Shown here in pieces: positions 55,748-64,000 of a stretch of 64,000 nt of DNA. How positions within the stretch are numbered: the first letter of the stretch is position 1; each line of letters opens with the position of its first letter. The translations under genes were made by a program, and so were the position numbers. Below the pieces are notes generated by a model, which ran no database searches, was not told the DNA's origin, and was given only the letters and a program-made list of their open reading frames with translations. The stretch is from assembly GCF_057098645.1 (NCBI RefSeq), contig NZ_CM169472.1. One strand, given 5' to 3'.

Positions 55748-56857
55748 TTAGACCGCGCGGAAGGAAATCTCGCCTGGAATGACTTCACCCTGCCAGTAGA
55801 GCTGAGCTGCAACGCGGTCAGCCAGCTGGCGGTAGATAGCGGTAAATTCGCTCTCCGGACGGCTGATAACCGTTGGCGTACCTTTATCGAGATCCTCACG
55901 TAAGGAGATGTGTAACGGCATCTGCCCCAGCAGCTGTGTATGGTATTTTTCAGCCAGTTTCTCTGCACCACCGGTACCGAAAATCGGTTCATGGTGACCA
56001 CAGTTACTGCAAATATGCACACTCATGTTCTCGACAATACCGAGCACCGGAACCTCGACTTTCTCGAACATCACAATGCCTTTTTTCGCATCGATCAGCG
56101 CGATGTCCTGCGGGGTGGTGACCACGACTGCACCGGTTACTGGAATGTTTTGCGCCAGCGTCAATTGAATGTCACCGGTGCCTGGCGGCATATCAAGCAC
56201 CAGATAGTCGAGATCCGGCCACAAGGTTTCCTGCAACATCTGCATTAACGCCTTGCTCGCCATCGGTCCACGCCACACCATCGCATTGTCGTCAGTGACC
56301 AGATAACCAATTGAATTGGTTGCCAGGCCATGAGACATAATCGGTGCCATATGGGTACCGTCCGGCGAAGTTGGACGCTGATTTTCTGCGCCCAACATTG
56401 TTGGGATTGATGGGCCGTAGATATCGGCGTCCAGAATGCCGACTTTCGCCCCTTCTGCCGCCAGCGCCAGTGCCAGGTTTACCGCCGTGGACGATTTACC
56501 CACGCCGCCTTTACCGGAACTCACCGCGATAATGTTCTTCACACCGTTAATTCCCGGCTGATTCTTCACGCGTTTCAGAGTGGCTATGTTATGCGACAGT
56601 TTCCAGTCGATAGCTTTCGCCCCGGTGATGCGCAGCAGTTCGGCGCTACATTGCTCTTTTAACTCTTCGAACGCGCTATGCCAGACAAACGGCATAACCA
56701 GTTCCACATGCAACGTGTCGTCCATCCAGGCGACATGGTGCAACGCTTTCAGCGTGGTGAGGTTATGCTTCAGGGTTGGGTGCTGAAAATTGGCCAGTGT
56801 CCCGGCGACCATTGCGCGCAAGGCTTCTGGTGATTTGGCCTGGGATTGTTCGTTCAT
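55748..56857 (-). CDS. apbC: Fe-S cluster carrier ATPase ApbC/Mrp
   Basis: ORF 55748..56887; likely start MNEQSQAKSPEAL (56857), 369 aa; deviant Walker A SSGKGGVGKSS and CxxC (CSNCGH). Confidence 0.9.
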   Translation of the reverse strand: MNEQSQAKSPEALRAMVAGTLANFQHPTLKHNLTTLKALHHVAWMDDTLHVELVMPFVWHSAFEELKEQCSAELLRITGAKAIDWKLSHNIATLKRVKNQPGINGVKNIIAVSSGKGGVGKSSTAVNLALALAAEGAKVGILDADIYGPSIPTMLGAENQRPTSPDGTHMAPIMSHGLATNSIGYLVTDDNAMVWRGPMASKALMQMLQETLWPDLDYLVLDMPPGTGDIQLTLAQNIPVTGAVVVTTPQDIALIDAKKGIVMFEKVEVPVLGIVENMSVHICSNCGHHEPIFGTGGAEKLAEKYHTQLLGQMPLHISLREDLDKGTPTVISRPESEFTAIYRQLADRVAAQLYWQGEVIPGEISFRAV

Positions 56858-56988
56858 CCCGACTCCTTTTTTGTATAGATAAACCATCAGCTGATAGTTT
56901 ACCTGAAGAATATAGAGAAGTACTTACTTAACATTTTCCCATTTGGTACTATCTAACCCCTTTTCACTATTAAGAAGTAATGCCTACT

Positions 56989-59022
56989 ATGACTCAAGTC
57001 GCGAAGAAAATTCTGGTGACGTGCGCACTGCCGTACGCTAACGGCTCAATCCACCTCGGCCATATGCTGGAGCACATCCAGGCTGATGTCTGGGTCCGTT
57101 ACCAGCGAATGCGCGGCCACGAGGTCAACTTCATCTGCGCCGACGATGCCCACGGTACACCGATCATGCTGAAAGCTCAGCAGCTTGGTATCACCCCGGA
57201 GCAGATGATTGGCGAAATGAGTCAGGAGCATCAGACTGATTTCGCAGGCTTTAACATCAGCTATGACAACTATCACTCGACGCACAGCGAAGAGAACCGC
57301 CAGTTGTCAGAACTTATCTACTCTCGCCTGAAAGAAAACGGTTTTATTAAAAACCGCACCATCTCTCAGCTGTACGATCCGGAAAAAGGCATGTTCCTGC
57401 CGGACCGTTTTGTGAAAGGCACCTGCCCGAAATGTAAATCCCCGGATCAATACGGCGATAACTGCGAAGTCTGCGGCGCGACCTACAGCCCGACTGAACT
57501 GATCGAGCCGAAATCGGTGGTTTCTGGCGCTACGCCGGTAATGCGTGATTCTGAACACTTCTTCTTTGATCTGCCCTCTTTCAGCGAAATGTTGCAGGCA
57601 TGGACCCGCAGCGGTGCGTTGCAGGAGCAGGTGGCAAATAAAATGCAGGAGTGGTTTGAATCTGGCCTGCAACAGTGGGATATCTCCCGCGACGCCCCTT
57701 ACTTCGGTTTTGAAATTCCGAACGCGCCGGGCAAATATTTCTACGTCTGGCTGGACGCACCGATTGGCTACATGGGTTCTTTCAAGAATCTGTGCGACAA
57801 GCGCGGCGACAGCGTAAGCTTCGATGAATACTGGAAGAAAGACTCCACCGCCGAGCTGTACCACTTCATCGGTAAAGATATTGTTTACTTCCACAGCCTG
57901 TTCTGGCCTGCCATGCTGGAAGGCAGCAACTTCCGCAAGCCGTCCAACCTGTTTGTTCATGGCTATGTGACGGTGAACGGCGCAAAGATGTCCAAGTCTC
58001 GCGGCACCTTTATTAAAGCCAGCACCTGGCTGAATCATTTTGACGCAGACAGCCTGCGTTACTACTACACTGCGAAACTCTCTTCGCGCATTGATGATAT
58101 CGATCTCAACCTGGAAGATTTCGTTCAGCGTGTGAATGCCGATATCGTTAACAAAGTGGTTAACCTGGCCTCCCGTAATGCGGGCTTTATCAACAAGCGT
58201 TTTGACGGCGTGCTGGCAAGCGAACTGGCTGACCCGCAGTTGTACAAAACCTTCACTGATGCCGCTGAAGTGATTGGTGAAGCGTGGGAAAGCCGTGAAT
58301 TTGGTAAAGCCGTGCGCGAAATCATGGCGCTGGCTGATCTGGCTAACCGCTATGTCGATGAACAGGCTCCGTGGGTGGTGGCGAAACAGGAAGGCCGCGA
58401 TGCCGACCTGCAGGCAATTTGCTCAATGGGCATCAACCTGTTCCGCGTACTGATGACTTACCTGAAGCCGGTACTGCCGAAACTGACCGAGCGTGCAGAA
58501 GCATTCCTCAATACGGAACTGACCTGGGATGGTATCCAGCAACCGCTGCTGGGCCACAAAGTGAATCCGTTCAAGGCGCTGTATAACCGCATCGATATGA
58601 GGCAGGTTGAAGCACTGGTGGAAGCCTCTAAAGAAGAAGTAAAAGCCGCTGCCGCGCCGGTAACTGGCCCGCTGGCAGATGATCCGATTCAGGAAACCAT
58701 CACCTTTGACGACTTCGCTAAAGTTGACCTGCGCGTGGCGCTGATTGAAAACGCAGAGTTTGTTGGAGGTTCTGACAAACTGCTGCGCCTGACGCTGGAT
58801 CTCGGCGGTGAAAAACGCAATGTCTTCTCCGGTATTCGTTCTGCTTACCCGGATCCGCAGGCACTGATTGGTCGTCACACCATTATGGTGGCTAACCTGG
58901 CACCACGTAAAATGCGCTTCGGTATCTCTGAAGGCATGGTGATGGCTGCCGGTCCTGGCGGGAAAGATATTTTCCTGCTAAGCCCGGATGCCGGTGCTAA
59001 ACCGGGTCATCAGGTGAAATAA
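56989..59022 (+). CDS. metG: Methionyl-tRNA synthetase
   Basis: ORF 56980..59022; likely start [11 protein letters not shown] (56989), 677 aa; HIGH-type motif (SIHLGHM), Zn knuckle CPKC...CEVC, KMSKS motif. Confidence 0.95.
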   Translation: MTQVAKKILVTCALPYANGSIHLGHMLEHIQADVWVRYQRMRGHEVNFICADDAHGTPIMLKAQQLGITPEQMIGEMSQEHQTDFAGFNISYDNYHSTHSEENRQLSELIYSRLKENGFIKNRTISQLYDPEKGMFLPDRFVKGTCPKCKSPDQYGDNCEVCGATYSPTELIEPKSVVSGATPVMRDSEHFFFDLPSFSEMLQAWTRSGALQEQVANKMQEWFESGLQQWDISRDAPYFGFEIPNAPGKYFYVWLDAPIGYMGSFKNLCDKRGDSVSFDEYWKKDSTAELYHFIGKDIVYFHSLFWPAMLEGSNFRKPSNLFVHGYVTVNGAKMSKSRGTFIKASTWLNHFDADSLRYYYTAKLSSRIDDIDLNLEDFVQRVNADIVNKVVNLASRNAGFINKRFDGVLASELADPQLYKTFTDAAEVIGEAWESREFGKAVREIMALADLANRYVDEQAPWVVAKQEGRDADLQAICSMGINLFRVLMTYLKPVLPKLTERAEAFLNTELTWDGIQQPLLGHKVNPFKALYNRIDMRQVEALVEASKEEVKAAAAPVTGPLADDPIQETITFDDFAKVDLRVALIENAEFVGGSDKLLRLTLDLGGEKRNVFSGIRSAYPDPQALIGRHTIMVANLAPRKMRFGISEGMVMAAGPGGKDIFLLSPDAGAKPGHQVK

Positions 59023-59031
59023 TCCCCCTTC

Positions 59032-59063
59032 AAGGCGCTGCATCGACAGCGCCTTTTCTTTAT
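59032..59063 (+). terminator. Rho-independent terminator of metG
   Basis: aaggcgctgcatcgacagcgcctt hairpin followed by ttctttat. Confidence 0.7.
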
Positions 59064-59162
59064 AAATTCCTAAAGTTGTTTTCTTGCGATTTTGTCTCTC
59101 TCTAACCCGCATAAATACTGGTAGCATCTGCATTCAACTGGATAAAATTACAGGGATGCAGA

Positions 59163-62100
59163 ATGAGACACTTTATCTATCAGGACGAAAAATCACATAA
59201 ATTCAGGGCAGTTGAGCAACAGGGAAACGAGTTGCATATCAGTTGGGGAAAAGTTGGCACCAAAGGGCAAAGCCAGATAAAAAGTTTTTCAGATGCTGCG
59301 GCAGCGGCAAAAGCGGAGCTTAAGCTGATTGCGGAGAAGGTGAAGAAGGGGTATGTGGAGCAAGCGAAGGATAATTCTTTGCAACCTTCCCAAACGGTAA
59401 CGGGCTCTCTCAAGGTAGCGGACTTATCCACCATTATTCAGGAACAACCCTCTTTCGTAGCAGAAACCCGTGCGCCTGACAAAAATACAGATGCTGTTTT
59501 ACCGTGGCTGGCGAAAGATATTGCTGTCGTTTTTCCGCCCGAAGTTGTACACACCACGTTAAGTCATCGCCGCTTTCCCGGAGTTCCTGTTCAGCAAGCA
59601 GACAAATTGCCCCAATTACGTCGCTTAGCCTGTAGTGTGTCGCAACGGGATAATAAAACAGCCACATTTGACTTCAGCGCCTGTTCTTTAGAATGGCAAA
59701 ACACCGTCGCCCAGGCGATCAGTCAGATCGACGGCCTGAAAACAACACAGTTACCATCACCAGTAATGGCTGTACTCACGGCACTTGAAATGAAATGCAC
59801 AAGATATAAAGTGCGTGAGGATGTTATGGATCAGATCGTCCAGGAAGGCGGTCTGGAATATGCTACTGATGTAATAATACACCTTCAACAGATTGATATT
59901 GAATGGGATTATGCGAATAATGTCATTATTATTCTGCCGTCTGGCATTGCACCTAGCTACTTGGAGCAATATTCCAGATTTGAATGACGCCTACGTAAAC
60001 ATTTATCACTGACGGAAGAGTCTCTCTGGCAAAAATGTGCACAAAAACTTATTGCCGCAATTTCACATATTCCAGAATGGCGGCAACCATTAATTGCTTT
60101 GTTATTACCCGAAAAACCAGAAATTGCACATGAAATTGCCCAGCGTCTACTGGGGCAAAAAAAATTACCCTCGCTTGAGTGGTTAAAAATAGTGGCGACT
60201 GATGAGCACATTCTTGCCTCATTAGAAAAATATCACGAACCATATGCCATTTTTGATGATTACTATTGTGGTGCGATATGGTCAGCCACCGTATTACAGG
60301 AGCAAGGTGTTGCAGCCCTGCCCCGATTTGCTCCCTATGCCGCAAGTGACTACTGCGCCGATGTGTTGCGTCATATCAATCATCCGTTCGCATTGACACT
60401 GCTTATACGTGTAGCCGGGCAAACTAAACGCTGTCACGATCGGATGACGAAAGCCATTGCTGCGTTCCCACATGCAGCAATGGCGGCACTGACGGAACTT
60501 CTTGGGCAAAAAGAAGAGAACAGTTGGCGCATTATGCTAATGACAATGCTTATCTCACAACCAGCACTGGCAGAACAGGTCATTCCCTGGCTCTCGACAC
60601 CCGCAGTTGCCGTACTGAAATCATGCCAGCAACAACTGACACAGCCCTCAAACCATGCCAGCGCCGATCTACTGCCAGCCGTAGTAGTCTCCCCTCCCTG
60701 GCTTTCGAAAAAGAAAAAATCGCCGATTCCGGTGCTGGATTTAGCGCCATTAGGCATTGAGCCAATCTGTTATCTGACAGAAGAAATCAGTAATCAACTT
60801 TTGGCGAAATATATCTGGTATTCAAAACACATCACGGTTAGCCATGAAGAAAGTACTACCAACCTGTTGGCAAGGATGGGTTTTCAACGACGGATCGCTG
60901 GTACATATATTAAAGCTCCCGAAGCGGTAGTTGAGGCATGGCTAAATGAAGATTATTCAACCTTACTAAGTGAATTTAAGGTGTTTCATTCACCTACCGG
61001 GCATTATTGGCAGTTGGGGATTTTGACAACATTGCCGCTGGAGAAAGCAGTAAAAGCATGGAATGCCCTTACCCTATCTCCACATACCGATACCGAATAC
61101 TCCATGTTACATTTTGGACTCAAAGGGTTACCTGGGTTAGTAAACTCACTTGCACGCTATCCACAAGAAGCCTTGCCCATCACGAATTACTTCGCAGCGA
61201 GTGAGCTGGCTCCTGCCGTCGCCCGTGCCTTCAACAAACTGAAAACGCTACGCGAAAACGCCCGTAGCTGGCTGTTGAAATACCCGGAACATGCCCTTAC
61301 CGGCCTGCTGCCTGCGGCGCTCGGCAAAGCCGGTGAAGCACAGGATAACGCCCGCGCTGCCTTGCGTATGCTTACCGAAAACGGTCATCAGCCATTACTG
61401 CAAGAAATCGCCCGACGTTATAACCAGCCGGAAGTAACCGATGCGGTGAACGCTCTGCTTGCGCTCGATCCCTTAGATAATCACCCGACAAAAATCCCCA
61501 CTCTTCCGGCCTTTTATCAGCCATCGCTCTGGACGCGCCCGGTATTAAAAGCAAATGCCCAATCACTGCCAGATAGCGCCCTCCTCCACCTCGGTGAAAT
61601 GCTCCGCTTCCCTCAGGAAGAGGCTCTGTATCCGGGATTATTGCAGGTGAAAGACGTCTGTTCCGCCGACTCACTGGCGGGATTTGCCTGGGATCTGTTT
61701 ACCGCCTGGCAGACCGCTGGCGCGCCGTCGAAAGAGAGTTGGGCGTTCACTGCGTTAGGCGTTCTCGGTAACGATGACACCGCCCGCAAACTGACGCCAT
61801 TAATACGCGCCTGGCCTGGTGAATCCCAGCATAAACGCGCCACCGTTGGGTTGGATATTCTCGCTGCTATCGGTAGTGATATCGCCCTTATGCAGCTTAA
61901 CGGCATCGCCCAGAAACTGAAATTCAAAGCATTACAGGAGCGGGCAAAAGAAAAAATTGCCGACATTGCCGAGAGCCGCGAACTCACGGTGGCGGAGCTT
62001 GAAGATCGGTTAGCACCGGATCTCGGTCTGGATGATAACGGTTCGCTGCTGCTGGATTTTGGCCCACGGCAGTTCACCGTCAGCTTTGATGAAACCTTAA

Positions 62101-62957
62101 AACCGTTTGTGCGTGATGTTTCCGGCAGCCGCCTGAAAGACCTGCCCAAACCGAACAAAAGCGATGATGAAACGCGGGCGAACGATGCGGTTAACCGCTA
62201 CAAATTGCTGAAAAAAGATGCGCGTACCATCGCCGCCCAGCAGGTAGCAAGGCTGGAATCCGCCATGTGCCTGCGCCGCCGCTGGTCGCTGGAAAACTTC
62301 CAGCTCTTCCTGGTTGAGCATCCGCTGGTTCGTCACTTAACCCGCCGTCTGATTTGGGGCGTTTATAGCGCCGAAAACCAGCTACTGGCTTGCTTTCGCG
62401 TAGCAGAAGATAACAGCTCCAGCACCGCTGACGATGATCTTTTCACCCTGCCGGAAGGCGATATCTCTATCGGCACTCCTCACGTTCTGGAAATATCACC
62501 AACGGATGCTGCCGCCTTTGGTCAGCTTTTTGCCGACTACGAACTGCTACCACCGTTCCGCCAGCTCGACCGTAACAGCTACGCCCTGACAGAAGCCGAG
62601 CGCAATGCCAGTGAACTGACCCGCTGGGCAGGCAGAAAATGCCCGAGTGGTCGGGTCATGGGGCTGGCGAATAAAGGCTGGATAAAGGGCGAACCACAGG
62701 ATGGAGGCTGGATCGGATGGATGATCAAACCTTTGGGTCGCTGGTCGTTAATCATGGAAATCGATGAAGGCTTTGCGGTAGGCATGTCGCCAGCCGAACT
62801 CAGCGCTGAGCAGCTCTTAAGCAAGCTGTGGCTATGGGAAGGCAAAGCAGAAAGATATGGCTGGGGGAGTAATTCAACACAGGAAGCGCAGTTCTCCGTA
62901 ATCGATGCCATCACCGCCAGCGAGCTAATTAACGATATTGAAGCCCTGTTTGAATAA
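59163..62957 (+). pseudogene. molR: Large WGR-domain / DUF4132-type protein gene (molR) interrupted by a single in-frame TGA at 59985-59987
   Basis: ORFs 59163..59987 and 60099..62957 are in the same frame; translation through the stop reads ...YSRFE*RLRKHLSLTEE..., matching ...EFDLRLRKHLSLAEE... in the downstream paralog. N-terminus has a WGR-like motif (ISWGKVGTKGQ). Confidence 0.7.
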
Positions 62958-62966
62958 GGAAAGAGC

Positions 62967-64000
62967 ATGGACAAGGAATTACCGTGGCTGGCGGATAACG
63001 CCCAACTGGAACTGAAATATAAAAAAGGCAAAACGCCGCTCAGTCATCGTCGCTGGCCGGGCGAACCAGTGTCCGTTATCACTGGAAGTCTCATCCAGAC
63101 ATTGGGTGATGAATTGCTACAAAAAGCTGAGAAGAAAAAAAACATTGTCTGGCGTTATGAGAATTTTTCACTGGAGTGGCAGTCCGCCATCACGCAGGCC
63201 ATCAACTTGATCGGCGAACACAAACCCTCAATCCCGGCCCGGACAATGGCGGCGCTAGCCTGTATCGCGCAAAATGACAGCCAACAGTTGCTCGACGAAA
63301 TCGTCCAACAAGAGGGGCTGGAATATGCGACTGAGGTGGTGATTGCACGCCAGTTTATTGCGCGGTGTTATGAGAGTGATCCTCTGGTAGTGACATTGCA
63401 GTATCAGGACGAGGATTATGGCTATGGTTATCGCTCAGAAACCTATAACGAATTCGATCTCCGACTGCGTAAGCATCTCTCTCTGGCAGAGGAAAGCTGC
63501 TGGCAGCGTTGCGCCGACAAACTCATTGCCGCACTACCAGGAATAACCAAAGTTCGCCGCCCTTTTATTGCGCTGATCCTCCCGGAAAAACCAGAAATAG
63601 CCAATGAGTTGGTAGGCCTTGAATGCCCGCGAACTCATTTTCATTCTAAGGAGTGGTTAAAAGTTGTTGCTAATGACCCCACAGCGGTGAGAAAACTCGA
63701 ACACTACTGGAGCCAGGATATATTTAGCGATCGAGAAGCCAGCTACATGTCGCATGAAAACCACTTCGGCTACGCGGCCTGCGCCGCCCTTTTGCGCGAA
63801 CAAGGACTGGCAGCCATTCCGCGCCTCGCGATGTATGCCCATAAAGAAGATTGCGGCAGTCTGCTGGTACAAATTAACCATCCGCAAGTCATCCGCACCT
63901 TGCTACTGGTGGCTGATAAAAACAAACCCAGCCTGCAACGTGTAGCTAAATACCATAAAAACTTCCCCCATGCGACGCTCGCCGCACTGGCAGAACTGCT
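62967..64000 (+). CDS. yehI: WGR/DUF4132-family protein, paralog of molR, N-terminal part (runs off the window end)
   Basis: ATG at 62967 with open frame to the window end; the N-terminal 340 residues show block-wise similarity to the upstream protein (GLEYAT, RLRKHLSL, PEKPEIA, HATLAALAEL). Confidence 0.75.
   Translation, partial: MDKELPWLADNAQLELKYKKGKTPLSHRRWPGEPVSVITGSLIQTLGDELLQKAEKKKNIVWRYENFSLEWQSAITQAINLIGEHKPSIPARTMAALACIAQNDSQQLLDEIVQQEGLEYATEVVIARQFIARCYESDPLVVTLQYQDEDYGYGYRSETYNEFDLRLRKHLSLAEESCWQRCADKLIAALPGITKVRRPFIALILPEKPEIANELVGLECPRTHFHSKEWLKVVANDPTAVRKLEHYWSQDIFSDREASYMSHENHFGYAACAALLREQGLAAIPRLAMYAHKEDCGSLLVQINHPQVIRTLLLVADKNKPSLQRVAKYHKNFPHATLAALAEL

Noticed and set aside
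57307-58038. 243-aa minus-strand ORF inside metG
   Set aside because: Antisense to an essential, highly conserved gene; no motifs; spurious.
59985-59987. TGA within molR as a selenocysteine or programmed readthrough codon
   Set aside because: No SECIS-like hairpin immediately downstream and no selenoprotein context; a nonsense mutation (or sequencing error) is the simpler explanation. Readthrough is not excluded but unsupported.

Overview
The window is an enterobacterial chromosomal segment that reads as Escherichia coli and is colinear with the K-12 wza to yehI region. Gene order: wza (partial), yegH, asmA, dcd, udk, dgcE(yegE), alkA, yegD, yegI, pphC(yegK), yegL, a tandem sib/ibs array, mdtABCD-baeSR, yegP, trhP(yegQ), cyaR, yegR, yegS, gatR, gatDCBA, gatZ split by an IS2 copy, gatY, fbaB, yegTUVW, yegX, thiDM with its TPP riboswitch, rcnR-rcnAB, yehABCDE, apbC, metG, molR and the start of yehI. 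All identifications rest on reading the translated ORFs and motifs directly; no database search was run, and comparisons to K-12 are from memory. There is no CRISPR array, no prophage and no obviously foreign inserted gene cassette; the only mobile element is one IS2 copy. The best candidate for a poorly described system is the yegL-pphC-yegI operon (vWA + PP2C phosphatase + atypical membrane Ser/Thr kinase) with the divergent Hsp70-like yegD. Secondary candidates are the tandem WGR/DUF4132 giants molR/yehI and the yegTUVW nucleoside-type cluster. Strain-level lesions seen directly: IS2 in gatZ with a 5-bp target duplication, an in-frame amber stop in gatD, an in-frame TGA in molR, and three rather than two sib/ibs units.
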